Positions 34,774 through 45,005 of a stretch of 64,000 nt of DNA are shown here, in pieces. Position 1 is the first letter of the stretch, and each line of letters starts with the position of its first letter. The translations under genes and the position numbers were made by a program. Under the pieces are notes generated by a model that saw only the letters and a list, made by a program, of their open reading frames with translations, was not told the origin of the DNA and ran no database searches. This DNA is from an uncultured Eubacteriales bacterium (GTDB taxonomy: Bacteria; Actinomycetota; Coriobacteriia; Anaerosomatales; JAHIQC01). Where the stretch lies: positions 1-64,000 of the forward strand of contig CAZMFQ010000007.1 in NCBI GenBank assembly GCA_964565645.1, given 5' to 3'.

Positions 34774-37700
34774 ATGGGGGAACACGTCACAGCCGTCTGG
34801 AGTCTTCGCGTGCCCGAGCCTGCCGAGCATCCCGCCCAACCACGAACGCATCGCCCGTTCCGAGACGAGCTCTACTCGGCAGAGCGCCTGACACGGTGCG
34901 CCCGCGAACTGGCCGAGCAGCAGTCCTGGACCGACGAGCTGGCAAGCGCTCCGTCCCCCTTGTTCGAGATGATCGCCGACGCCTCCGCGGGCCTCTCCGC
35001 GGACAACTCGATGTTCTCCGAAGCCGTCCGCTCGCAACACCCCGTCGCGCCGGCGGCAGAATGGTTGCTGGACAACTTCTACCTCATCGAGGAACAGGTG
35101 CGGCTCGTCCGCGATGATCTGCCGGCCGGGTACAGCCGGGAACTCCCCCGGCTGACGCGCGGCGCGTTCGCGGGGTACCCGCGGGTCTTCGAAGCGATCG
35201 TCGAACTGCTCTCGCACACCGATTCAAGACTCGACGAGAGCGTGCTCACACAGTTCATCGACGGGTTCCAGGACGTCTCACCGCTCTCGATCGGAGAGAT
35301 ATGGGGCATCCCGATCGCCCTGCGCATCGCGCTCGTCGAGAACCTGGCCCGCCTGTCCGCACGCGTCGGAGAGACGCACCGGTCGACCCGCATGGCCGAC
35401 GAGTGGGCGGATCGCCTGCTGCTCGCCGTGCCCGACGGCTCGGATGCGCTGCGCGCGCTGATCGACGAGCTCGAGGAGCGCGTCGGCCTCGTGGACCCGA
35501 CGTTCCTCATGCGCCTCGCGCAACGGCTCTCGGGCCAGGACACCGGCGCCGACATGCTCGGTGCATGGCTCGAGCGGCGCTTGCGGGAGTCAGGGATCGA
35601 CCTGGGCGCCCTCAGCCACGAACTACAACAGGTCCAGGCGGCCGACCAGGTCTCGATCGCGAACTCGATAACCGCGATCCGCTTCCTGGACGCCTACGAG
35701 TGGCGCGGGTTCTTCGAGCATGCGAGCCTCGTGGACCAGGTCCTGCGCGAGGACCCCGTGGGCGTCTACCCGCATATGGACTTCAAGAGCCGCGACCGCT
35801 ACCGTCACGCTCTCGAAGGCATCGCCCGTCGCTGCCCCATGACCGAGATCGCTGTCGCCGAGGCGGCAGTCAGCCTGGCTCTCGACTCCATGACCCACGA
35901 CGCGACCGACGAGATCTCCGCGCACGTCGGCCACTACCTTATCAGCGGTGGTCGCTACGACCTCGAGTCGGCGGTCGCCTACCGCCCGCACCTGCGCGAG
36001 AGACTCTACCGCGGCCCGCTCGCGCGAAAGGGGCTCTTCTACTGGGGGATGCTCGGGATCACCACCCTGGCGCTGGCTGCGGTGCTGCTCGCCGCCATCG
36101 CCTCCTCGGGGGCCTCTACGGCGGCGCTCGCCGCCGTGATGCTCATCGCTCTGGTGCCGCTCTCGGATCTCGCGCTCAACATCACGAACCGGACGGCTGC
36201 GTGGGTCTTCCCGCCCCGTATCATGCCCAAGCTCGACTTCCTCTCTCCGGTCGCGGAGGCGCATCGCACGCTCGTGATCGTGCCGACACTCCTCTCCTCG
36301 GTCGGCGCGGTCCGCCACGTGCTCGACAACCTCGAGGTCGCGTACCTCGCCAACCGGGACGATGAGATCTACTTCGGGCTCCTCGGCGATCTCAAGACCG
36401 CTGCCGAGGAGCGCCTTCCCGGAGACGACGCGGTCATCGAGGCGGCCGTCGAGGGGATCGAGGCGCTCAACGACCGGTACCTCGTCGAGCACGGACGCCG
36501 GCCGTTCTGCCTGTTCGTGCGAGAGCGTCGGTACAGCGAGCAGGAGCGGACGTGGATGGGTTGGGAGCGCAAGCGCGGCGCGCTCACGGAACTCAACCGG
36601 ATGCTGCGCGGCTCCAACTCCACGTCGTTCTCCCACCGGATCGGCGAGGAGGCTGCGCTTGCCGCGGTGACGTTCGTGCTCACGATCGATTCGGACACCG
36701 TGCTCACCCGCGACGGGGCACGCAAGCTCATCAGCACGATCGCGCACCCGCTCAACCGCGCGGTGCTCCTGCCGGGCGACCGGCGGGTGTACATGGGCTA
36801 CGGGCTCATCCAGCCGCGCGTCGGTATGTCGCTGCCGGCGTCCTCGCGCTCGTTCTTCGCGTGGCTGTACTCGGGCGTCACCGGAGTGGACCCGTACGCC
36901 GGCGCGGTCTCAGACACCTACCAGGACGTGTTCGGCGAAGGAAGCTTCACCGGCAAGGGCATCTACGAGGTCAGCGTCTTCAACGCGGTGCTGGAGGGCC
37001 GTTTCCCCGAGGGGCGACTGCTGTCCCACGACCTGATCGAGGGCTGCTACCTGCGGGTCGGCCTCGCGAGCGACATCGAGGTGCTCGACGACCACCCTTC
37101 GAGTTACCTGTCCCATATGGCACGCATGCACCGCTGGGTGCGCGGCGACTGGCAGACGCTGCCGTGGCTGGGGGCGACGGTGCCCGCGGAAGGACGTCGC
37201 GAACGCAACGTGCTCTCGCCGCTGCACCGCTGGAAGCTGTTCGACAACGTGAGACGTTCGCTCGTGGCCCCGGCGTTGCTCATGCTCATGACCCTGGGCT
37301 GGACGGTTCTGCCGGGCCCCGCGTGGGCCTGGCCGCTCGCGATGTCACTCGTGGTCTTCTTCCCGGTCTACTTCAGCCTCGCGGACTCGATCGTGTTCCG
37401 CTCCCGCGAGGTCTCGTTCTCGACCACCATGGAATCAGCGTGGCGTGATTTCGGCCGTGACTCGGCGCGCGCCCTCCTGACGCTCTCACTGCTCCCTTAT
37501 CAGGCCTACGTGATGATCGATGCTGCCGTTCGCGCCGTCTGGCGCATGACGGTCTCGCAACGGCATCTGCTTGAATGGGAGACCGCGGCCGACGCCGACC
37601 GGCGTCTGGGCGTGGGCCTGTCCGGATTCGCGCGCAAGCTGGCGCCCTCCTCGGCGGTCGCCCTGCTGCTGCTCGCCCCCGCGGCGCTGCAGAGCCCGGC

Positions 37701-40700
37701 GCGCCTGGGGGTCTCGGCCGCACTCGCGCTGCTGTGGGCGGCAGCCCCCCTGATCGCGTGGCGCGTCTCGCGCACGAGTGTCCCGGCCGAGCGTGAACTC
37801 ACCCCTGCCGAGGAGTCGGAGCTACGACGCCTGGCGCGACGCACGTGGCGCTTCTTCGAGACGTTCGTCACCTCCGAAGGCCACCATCTGGCGCCAGACA
37901 ACTTCCAGGAGGACCCCAACGGCGAGGTCGCGTGGCGGACCTCGCCCACGAACATCGGTCTGCAGCTCCTTGGCAATCTCTCCGCGTACGACCTGGGGTA
38001 TCTCGACCTGACCGGTCTGATCGGACGAACCGCCGACACGCTTGCGGCCATGGCGGGCCTGAAGCGGTTCCGGGGGCACTTCTACAACTGGTACGACATA
38101 CGGACCCTCGCGCCGCTGCCTCCCGAGTACGTCTCGACCGTGGACAGCGGGAACCTCGCGGGGCATCTGCTCGTGCTCCGGATCGGCCTGCTCGAGGCCT
38201 CCGAAGCGCCGGTCCTGGGCGCGCAGTTGCTCTCGGGGATCGCTGATACGGCCGCGCTGGCGATCGAGGACCTCGTGACCGAGCAGGTCGCCGTCGAGTC
38301 CGCGCCCGCCCTGCGCGACCTGCGTGAACAGCTCGACGAGCTGGCCCGGGACGCCTCTCTCGAAGAGCCACCGCGCGACATGGCGCGCTGGGACGCCGTG
38401 CTCGAACGCATCGAGACCATGGCCGCCGCGGTGGATCGATCCGCCTCGGCGTTGTTCGGTGATGTCGATCCGCCGACCGCCGCGTCGCCACACCCGGGCT
38501 CCGCCGTCGCACGGGCCCACGCCTCGGTCGTCGCGGTGCTCGCCGCGGTCGAGGCCGCACGCTCCACCATCTCGTCGCTCACCCCATGGGCGGCGCATGC
38601 AGCGGATGTGCCGCAGGCGGTCCTCGAAGACCCACGCGGGGCGTCGCTGGTCCCGCTTCTCGATCACGTCCCGAGCCTCGTGGGTCTCGCCGAGGGACTG
38701 GGCGACGCACTCGCGGCGCTTTCCTCGATCGCCGAGGAGCCGCCGGGAGACTCCTTGGCGGAACGCGAAGCGGAACGCGCCTGGGCGACCGGGATGCTCG
38801 ACGGCGTGCTGGGAGCGCGACCGGCCGCGGCACAGCTCCTCGGCCAGCTGCACCTCGACGCGGCGATGGCGCGCGAGATGTGGGAGCACACCGACTTCAC
38901 GACCCTCTTCGACGAGCAGCGGCTGCTGTTCTCGATCGGCTACAACACGGCGGAGGGACGACTCGATCCGTCGTACTATGACATGCTCGCCTCGGAATGC
39001 CGGCTCGCGAGCTTCCTCGCGATCGCCAAGGGCGACATCCCGCAAGAGCACTGGTTCCGGCTCGGTCGGGCGATCACCCAGACCGCGGGCGGACGCGCGC
39101 TGCTGTCGTGGAGCGCCTCGATGTTCGAGTACCTCATGCCGCTGCTGGTCATGCGCTCGTGGCCGATGACCCTGCTCGACCAGACCTACGATTCGGTGGT
39201 GCGCCGGCAGATCCAGTACGGGCGCGAACGCGGCGTTCCGTGGGGGGTCTCGGAATCGGCGTTCAACGCCAAGGACGCGGGGCTCGTGTATCAGTACCAG
39301 GCCTTCGGTGTGCCGGGGCTCGGGCTGAAGCGCGGGTTGTCCGACGACGTGGTCGTCGCCCCGTACGCGACGGTGCTCGCCCTGCCCGTCGCACCCGGCG
39401 AGGCCATCGCGAACCTCCACGAACTCGCGGGCCAGGGAGCCCGGGGCCGCTACGGCTTCTACGAGAGCCTCGACTACACGCCGGGCAGGGTGCCGGCGGG
39501 ATCCAGCCGCGCGGTGGTGAGGGCGTACTTCGCTCACCACCAGGGCATGAGCTTCGTCGCCCTCGCCAACGAGCTTTCGGGCATACCGATGCACGATCGG
39601 TTCCACCGCGATCCGATGGTCGCCTCGGCGGAGCTGCTCCTGCAGGAGCGGGTGCCCCGGCACGTGCAACTCGCGACGCCCAACGTGGGCGAGGTGGAGC
39701 ACGTGCGCTCGGTGCGCGAGCTGCCGCCCCCCGTCACCCGCGCCTACCCGCTCGCCGACACGCCCGTGCCTGCGACGCACTTCCTGTCCAACGGCCGCTA
39801 CTCGGTCATGGTCACCAACGGGGGCGGGGGCTATAGCCGCTGGCAGGACGTCGCGATCAGCCGCTACCGCGAGGACGTGACGCGCGATTGCTGGGGACAG
39901 TTCTTCTACCTGCGCGACACCGCGACCGGCCGCGTGCACAACGCCGCGAGCAACCCGTGCCCCGAACGTCCCGACGAGTATCACGTGACGTTCGCGCATG
40001 ACAAGGCCGAGTACCGTCGCATCGACGGGGACATCGAGGTGCACACCGAGATCTCCGTGAGCCCCGAGGACGACGCCGAGATCCGCCGCATCGGCATCAC
40101 CAATCATGGGCGCACCCGCGTCGAGCTCGAACTGACGTCCTACTTCGAGCTCGCGATGGCCGATCAGGCGGCCGATCAGGCGCACAAGTCGTTCTCGAAC
40201 CTCTTCGTCGAGACCGAGGCGCTCGACCCGATGCGGGCTCTGCTCTTCTCGCGGCGCCCGCGTTCCGCCGAGGAGCGTCGGATCTGGGGTGTCCACGTCC
40301 TCGCTTGCGAGGACGGCGACGAGTGCGACTGGACCTACGAGACCGACCGCGCTCGGTTCCTCGGCAGGCTCAACGGGGCCGAGGCCCCCACCGCCGTCAG
40401 GGCAGGCGGGCCGCTCAGTCGCACGACGGGACCGGTGCTCGACCCCTGCTGCGCGATCCGCAAGACGGTCATGGTCGAAGGCGGCGAGAGCGTGCGCCTC
40501 GTGTTCACCACGGGAGTGGCCCAGACGCGTGAGGAAGCGGTCCGTCTGGCCGAGAAGTACGGCGACCCGCGCAGTGCGCAGCGCGCCATCGACCTGGCGT
40601 GGACGGCGGCCCAGATCGAACTGCGCGACCTGGGTATCACCCCGGCGGAAGCCGTCGTGCTCGAACGTCTGGCGTCACGCCTCCTGCTCACCGACCCCGC

Positions 40701-43614
40701 CTCCGTGCTCAAGATCAAGACCCCCGTGGAGAACGGGCTGCAGATGTCGGGCCTGTGGTCCCTCGGCATCTCCGGCGACCTGCCGATCCTGCTCGTGCGC
40801 ATCGAAGAGCCGGAACACGCCCCCCTCGTGCGTCAGGCGCTTCTCGCCCACCAGTACTGGCGCCACAAGGGCCTCGTCTCCGACCTCGTGATACTCAACA
40901 CGCGACCGACCGCGTACTCCGACGAACTCGACGACCGCCTGAGGATGCTCGTGCGCACGGGCCACGCGCTTCAGATGCTCGATCGTCCGGGCGGGGTGTT
41001 CCTCCGCCGCTCCGACCAGATGCATCCCGACGTCCTCAACCTGCTGCTCACGGTCGCGCGCGCCACGCTCGACGGCGACAGCGGACCCCTCGAGGTCCAG
41101 CTCAACCGGCGTGTGCCGCGTGCCGAGGAGCCGCCCGCCCTCATGCCTGCGCGTGCGCCTGAAGCGTGGGCCGCCCCCTCGCCGCCCCGGCCGGACCTGC
41201 TCTTCGACAACGGATGGGGCGGGTTCGACTCGTCGGCGGACGAATACGTGATCGTGCTCGACGAGGGGCGCTGCACGCCCGCGCCGTGGATCAACGTGAT
41301 GGCATCGCCGGAGTTCGGCTGTATGGTCTCCGAAGCCGGAATCGGCTGCACCTGGGCGCTCAACAGCCATGAGAACCGCATCTCCACGTGGAACAACGAC
41401 CCCGTCTCGGACGGGTCCGGCGAGGTCATATACCTGCGCGATGAGGAGACCGGGGAGTTCTGGAGCCCCACGCCGCTGCCGGCCCGGGGGCCCGGCACCT
41501 ACACCGTCCGCCACGGCCGGGGCTACACGCGCTTCGAACACGAGTCCCACGGGCTCGAGCAGCGGCTCGAGTGGTTCGTGCCCGTCGAGGACCCGGTGCG
41601 CGTGGTGCGACTGACGCTGCGCAACACGGGCGATACGGTGCGGCGACTGTCCGCGACGCAGTTCGTGGAGTGGTCGCTCGGCAGTTCGCGCAGCAAGGCG
41701 CAGCACCTGGTCGTGACGTGGTTCGACGCCGAGCACCAGCTTCTGACCGCGCACAACCACTTCAACATGGACTTCCCGGGACGCGCCGCGTTCCTGGCCA
41801 CCGACGCCGAACTGCACTCGTATACCGGGAGCCGCACCGAGTTCGTCGGTCGCAACCGCGGACCTGCAGACCCAGCGGCGATGGGCCGCAAGCGCCTCGG
41901 CGGGCGCACCGGTCGCTTCCACGACAACTGCGGCGCTCTGATGGTCGCCCTGGAGCTGGCGCCCGGCGAGGAGCGCAGCGTCTGCTTCCTGCTCGGGCAG
42001 ACGGACACCCTTCAGCAGGCTCGCGAGCTCGTGGCCGCCTATCGCGACCCGAGCCGGGTCGACGCCGAACTCGCCGGTGTGTGCGAGCAATGGCGGCGCG
42101 TGCTCGGCAGCGTGCGAGCCCGGACGCCGGACCCGGCGCTCGACCTGCTCGTCAACGGCGCGCTCCTGTACCAGGCCCTTGCCTGCCGGATCTGGGGTCG
42201 CACCGCGACCTACCAGTCGAGCGGCGCGTTCGGCTTCCGCGACCAGCTCCAGGATTCGCTCGCGCTGCTCCTGGCACGTCCGGACCTCGTGCGCGAGCAG
42301 ATCGTCGAGGCCTCACGACACCAGTTCGCAGAGGGCGATGTCCTGCACTGGTGGCAGCCCTCCTCGGGCCGGGGAGTCCGGACGCGGATCACCGACGACC
42401 GACACTGGCTGCCGTTCGTGGTCGCCGAGTACCTCGACGTGACCGGGGACCGAAGCGTTCTGGACGAGGTCACCCCGTTCATCGAAGGACCCGAAGTCGA
42501 TCCCGATCGTGAGGACAACTACCTCCAACCGGCGCTCTCCGAGCAGGCCGTGAGCGTCTACGAACACTGTGTGGCGGCCCTGGAGTCCGGGACCGGGGTC
42601 GGCGACCACGGACTCCCCCTCATGGGTGGCGGCGACTGGAACGACGGCATGAACCGCGTCGGCATCGGGGGCCGTGGCGAGAGCGTGTGGCTCGCCTGGT
42701 TCCTGGCGACGGTGCTCAGGCGCTTCGCCCCGATCTGCGAGATGCGCGGAGAGGCCGGCCGCGCAGCCGAGTACCGCAGGCGGGCCCAGGCGTTCATAGA
42801 GGCCGCCGAGGAGTCGGGATGGGACGGATCGTGGTATCGCCGCGCGTACTTCGACGACGGCACCCCGTTGGGATCACGCTCCTCGGCAGAGTGCAGGATC
42901 GACGCCATCGCGCAGGCATGGGCGACGATCAGCGACGGTGCGGACCCGGGCCGGGCCCAGATGGCGCTCGACGCCGTGGAGGACAAGCTCGTCGACCGCG
43001 AGCATGGACTGATCGCGCTGCTCACACCGCCGTTCGACACGATGCCGCACGACCCCGGCTACATCAAAGGGTACGTCCCCGGCGTTCGCGAGAACGGCGG
43101 TCAGTACACGCATGCGGCCATCTGGGTGGTGCTCGCTCACCTCCTGCGTGGCGATGGCGACGAGGGGCACGGCCTTCTGAGCATGATCAACCCGATCAAC
43201 CACGCACGCACCGACGAAGAGGCGGAACACTACAAGGTCGAGCCCTACGTGGTCGCCGCGGACGTGTACGGGGCGGCACCGCATGCGGGCAGGGGCGGCT
43301 GGACCTGGTACACCGGCTCCGCTTCGTGGTTCTACCACGTCGCGGTCCGCAACCTCTTGGGCTTATGGGTCGAGGACGTCGAAGGGATCCCGCATCTGCG
43401 GTTGGATCCGTGCATCCCGAGATCATGGAAGGGCTACACGCTCACGTACACGCACGGAACGACGACCTACCGGATCGGGTTCGAGAATCCGCGTGGGGTC
43501 AACCGCGGCGTGGCGTACGTCGAACTCGATGGGATGAGGCTCGAGAGCGCCTCGGTGCCGCTGCGCGATGACGGCGGCAGCCACGACGTGCGGGTGGTGC
43601 TCCTCGGCGGTTAG
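34774..43614 (+). CDS. ndvB: Cyclic beta-1,2-glucan synthase-like giant protein (NdvB/Cgs/ChvB architecture: N-terminal domain + TM region + GT84 glycosyltransferase + C-terminal GH94 phosphorylase-like domain)
   Basis: 2946-aa ORF. GT region has TIDSDT, WERKRG and HRWVRGDWQ motifs. C-terminal region has the GH94 signatures GGGDWNDGMNRVG...GESVWLAWF and a six-hairpin (alpha/alpha)6 region. Confidence 0.8.
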   Translation: MGEHVTAVWSLRVPEPAEHPAQPRTHRPFRDELYSAERLTRCARELAEQQSWTDELASAPSPLFEMIADASAGLSADNSMFSEAVRSQHPVAPAAEWLLDNFYLIEEQVRLVRDDLPAGYSRELPRLTRGAFAGYPRVFEAIVELLSHTDSRLDESVLTQFIDGFQDVSPLSIGEIWGIPIALRIALVENLARLSARVGETHRSTRMADEWADRLLLAVPDGSDALRALIDELEERVGLVDPTFLMRLAQRLSGQDTGADMLGAWLERRLRESGIDLGALSHELQQVQAADQVSIANSITAIRFLDAYEWRGFFEHASLVDQVLREDPVGVYPHMDFKSRDRYRHALEGIARRCPMTEIAVAEAAVSLALDSMTHDATDEISAHVGHYLISGGRYDLESAVAYRPHLRERLYRGPLARKGLFYWGMLGITTLALAAVLLAAIASSGASTAALAAVMLIALVPLSDLALNITNRTAAWVFPPRIMPKLDFLSPVAEAHRTLVIVPTLLSSVGAVRHVLDNLEVAYLANRDDEIYFGLLGDLKTAAEERLPGDDAVIEAAVEGIEALNDRYLVEHGRRPFCLFVRERRYSEQERTWMGWERKRGALTELNRMLRGSNSTSFSHRIGEEAALAAVTFVLTIDSDTVLTRDGARKLISTIAHPLNRAVLLPGDRRVYMGYGLIQPRVGMSLPASSRSFFAWLYSGVTGVDPYAGAVSDTYQDVFGEGSFTGKGIYEVSVFNAVLEGRFPEGRLLSHDLIEGCYLRVGLASDIEVLDDHPSSYLSHMARMHRWVRGDWQTLPWLGATVPAEGRRERNVLSPLHRWKLFDNVRRSLVAPALLMLMTLGWTVLPGPAWAWPLAMSLVVFFPVYFSLADSIVFRSREVSFSTTMESAWRDFGRDSARALLTLSLLPYQAYVMIDAAVRAVWRMTVSQRHLLEWETAADADRRLGVGLSGFARKLAPSSAVALLLLAPAALQSPARLGVSAALALLWAAAPLIAWRVSRTSVPAERELTPAEESELRRLARRTWRFFETFVTSEGHHLAPDNFQEDPNGEVAWRTSPTNIGLQLLGNLSAYDLGYLDLTGLIGRTADTLAAMAGLKRFRGHFYNWYDIRTLAPLPPEYVSTVDSGNLAGHLLVLRIGLLEASEAPVLGAQLLSGIADTAALAIEDLVTEQVAVESAPALRDLREQLDELARDASLEEPPRDMARWDAVLERIETMAAAVDRSASALFGDVDPPTAASPHPGSAVARAHASVVAVLAAVEAARSTISSLTPWAAHAADVPQAVLEDPRGASLVPLLDHVPSLVGLAEGLGDALAALSSIAEEPPGDSLAEREAERAWATGMLDGVLGARPAAAQLLGQLHLDAAMAREMWEHTDFTTLFDEQRLLFSIGYNTAEGRLDPSYYDMLASECRLASFLAIAKGDIPQEHWFRLGRAITQTAGGRALLSWSASMFEYLMPLLVMRSWPMTLLDQTYDSVVRRQIQYGRERGVPWGVSESAFNAKDAGLVYQYQAFGVPGLGLKRGLSDDVVVAPYATVLALPVAPGEAIANLHELAGQGARGRYGFYESLDYTPGRVPAGSSRAVVRAYFAHHQGMSFVALANELSGIPMHDRFHRDPMVASAELLLQERVPRHVQLATPNVGEVEHVRSVRELPPPVTRAYPLADTPVPATHFLSNGRYSVMVTNGGGGYSRWQDVAISRYREDVTRDCWGQFFYLRDTATGRVHNAASNPCPERPDEYHVTFAHDKAEYRRIDGDIEVHTEISVSPEDDAEIRRIGITNHGRTRVELELTSYFELAMADQAADQAHKSFSNLFVETEALDPMRALLFSRRPRSAEERRIWGVHVLACEDGDECDWTYETDRARFLGRLNGAEAPTAVRAGGPLSRTTGPVLDPCCAIRKTVMVEGGESVRLVFTTGVAQTREEAVRLAEKYGDPRSAQRAIDLAWTAAQIELRDLGITPAEAVVLERLASRLLLTDPASVLKIKTPVENGLQMSGLWSLGISGDLPILLVRIEEPEHAPLVRQALLAHQYWRHKGLVSDLVILNTRPTAYSDELDDRLRMLVRTGHALQMLDRPGGVFLRRSDQMHPDVLNLLLTVARATLDGDSGPLEVQLNRRVPRAEEPPALMPARAPEAWAAPSPPRPDLLFDNGWGGFDSSADEYVIVLDEGRCTPAPWINVMASPEFGCMVSEAGIGCTWALNSHENRISTWNNDPVSDGSGEVIYLRDEETGEFWSPTPLPARGPGTYTVRHGRGYTRFEHESHGLEQRLEWFVPVEDPVRVVRLTLRNTGDTVRRLSATQFVEWSLGSSRSKAQHLVVTWFDAEHQLLTAHNHFNMDFPGRAAFLATDAELHSYTGSRTEFVGRNRGPADPAAMGRKRLGGRTGRFHDNCGALMVALELAPGEERSVCFLLGQTDTLQQARELVAAYRDPSRVDAELAGVCEQWRRVLGSVRARTPDPALDLLVNGALLYQALACRIWGRTATYQSSGAFGFRDQLQDSLALLLARPDLVREQIVEASRHQFAEGDVLHWWQPSSGRGVRTRITDDRHWLPFVVAEYLDVTGDRSVLDEVTPFIEGPEVDPDREDNYLQPALSEQAVSVYEHCVAALESGTGVGDHGLPLMGGGDWNDGMNRVGIGGRGESVWLAWFLATVLRRFAPICEMRGEAGRAAEYRRRAQAFIEAAEESGWDGSWYRRAYFDDGTPLGSRSSAECRIDAIAQAWATISDGADPGRAQMALDAVEDKLVDREHGLIALLTPPFDTMPHDPGYIKGYVPGVRENGGQYTHAAIWVVLAHLLRGDGDEGHGLLSMINPINHARTDEEAEHYKVEPYVVAADVYGAAPHAGRGGWTWYTGSASWFYHVAVRNLLGLWVEDVEGIPHLRLDPCIPRSWKGYTLTYTHGTTTYRIGFENPRGVNRGVAYVELDGMRLESASVPLRDDGGSHDVRVVLLGG

Positions 43615-44471
43615 AGCGAAGCTTCGACCGCTGGCTGGGACGCCGGAGTCTCGAGCACGACGCTCGGGCGCGCGATGTCCGCGGCGACACAGGCGCCGAC
43701 CGCGAGCAGCACGTGCGCGAGCATCCAGCCGTAGTCGACGATCGCTCCTGCAACGTAGGAGTCGGATGCCGACATCCATGAGAACGTCGCGTCGCTCACG
43801 GCCAGCACGGCCGCCCCGCCGGCGACGAACCACCAGGGCCATCCCAGCCGGCCGGAGCCGAGCTTGGAGACCACCATCAGGAGCAGGACCGACGGAGTGA
43901 GCAGCAGCGCCACGTCGGCGACCGGGTAGAACGTGCTCGCCACGAGTTCGGCTTGCGCAATGGACGGGTCCCCGAGTATGTAGGGCTGCAGAAGTCCGAA
44001 GTACAGGAGCACGAGCATCACGGCGCCCGCCGTGACCGCGAACCCCGCGGCGATACGCAAGTCCAGCAGACGCCCGTAGGCGAGCGCGGCAAGCAGAAGC
44101 GCGACCCCGATGAACGCGTACTCACCTACGTAGAAGACATCGGGCAGGCCCGGATACGGGACTTCGGCGCCGAGGCCGAGCTCGATCCACGCCCACACCG
44201 CGTCCCCCGCAGCGAAACAGAGCATGCCCAGACCGATGAGCGTCCACTGCCGCCGAAGGGCCTCTCCCTTTGCGAAGGAGCGCCCCACGCTCAGTGCGAT
44301 CATCGCGGACACGGCCACCACGGCAAGCTCACCGAGGTCGGAGATCAGCAGTGCGCCCTGTTCGCCGCCCGCACCCACCATCAGCATGGTACGGATCACG
44401 GCCACGGCGCCCAGGCCGACAAGACCGACGGTCATGGTGCGGATGGACGGAACCCCGGAATTCAGACTCAT
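43611..44471 (-). CDS. Polytopic membrane protein, unknown function
   Basis: 286-aa ORF with eight or nine hydrophobic helices; convergent 4-bp overlap with the end of ndvB. Confidence 0.6.
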   Translation of the reverse strand: MSLNSGVPSIRTMTVGLVGLGAVAVIRTMLMVGAGGEQGALLISDLGELAVVAVSAMIALSVGRSFAKGEALRRQWTLIGLGMLCFAAGDAVWAWIELGLGAEVPYPGLPDVFYVGEYAFIGVALLLAALAYGRLLDLRIAAGFAVTAGAVMLVLLYFGLLQPYILGDPSIAQAELVASTFYPVADVALLLTPSVLLLMVVSKLGSGRLGWPWWFVAGGAAVLAVSDATFSWMSASDSYVAGAIVDYGWMLAHVLLAVGACVAADIARPSVVLETPASQPAVEASL

Positions 44472-44782
44472 GCTCCGGCCCCTTTACGGATCTCGACGAG
44501 GATGCCGTCGATGGTGGACACCGACGCGACAGGGCCGAGCAGACGCCGGATGCTCGATTCGAGTACGGGCATGTCGGCCGCGCACAAGTCATCGGCCATC
44601 TTGCCCGCCGACAGCGCCGTCGCCCGCACACAGGTGTCCGCGGCCATTCTGCCCACGAACGGCGACAGCACACTCACGGCCTGTTCAGCCATCCCGCCCA
44701 TGGATCCCCCAACCCCCAGCGGCCACACTACACCGACATGATGACATGAACGGGGCTGAATGCGAGAGTGCGCCAGGGCCAT
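44468..44782 (-). CDS. Small hypothetical protein, translationally coupled to the downstream membrane protein
   Basis: 104-aa ORF; ATGA overlap with the next gene; no recognisable domain. Confidence 0.35.
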   Translation of the reverse strand: MALAHSRIQPRSCHHVGVVWPLGVGGSMGGMAEQAVSVLSPFVGRMAADTCVRATALSAGKMADDLCAADMPVLESSIRRLLGPVASVSTIDGILVEIRKGAGA

Positions 44783-45005
44783 CGCCGCGGTTCATCCGTG
44801 ACAGCCCGCCACCTGTGGAAGAACCGGCATGCTGCGCGCCCCGCACGCCGCAAGTTCGCGTTTTCGGGTCTTGGCACGTATACTGCACAGGCTGTACGGA
44901 ATACACCAAGACTCGGTTGTCCTCTGACTCCCTCGTGTGAGCCTCACGTCGACTGCGTCTACCCGCAGTGCGACCCCGTGTGGCGCACACGAAAGGAGTT
45001 CTTCT

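Noticed and set aside
37822-42090. 824-aa and 471-aa minus-strand ORFs, and other ORFs inside 34774..43614
   Set aside because: Antisense to, or out of frame within, the 2946-aa glucan synthase, whose own frame has GT84/GH94 motifs; high-GC artefact.
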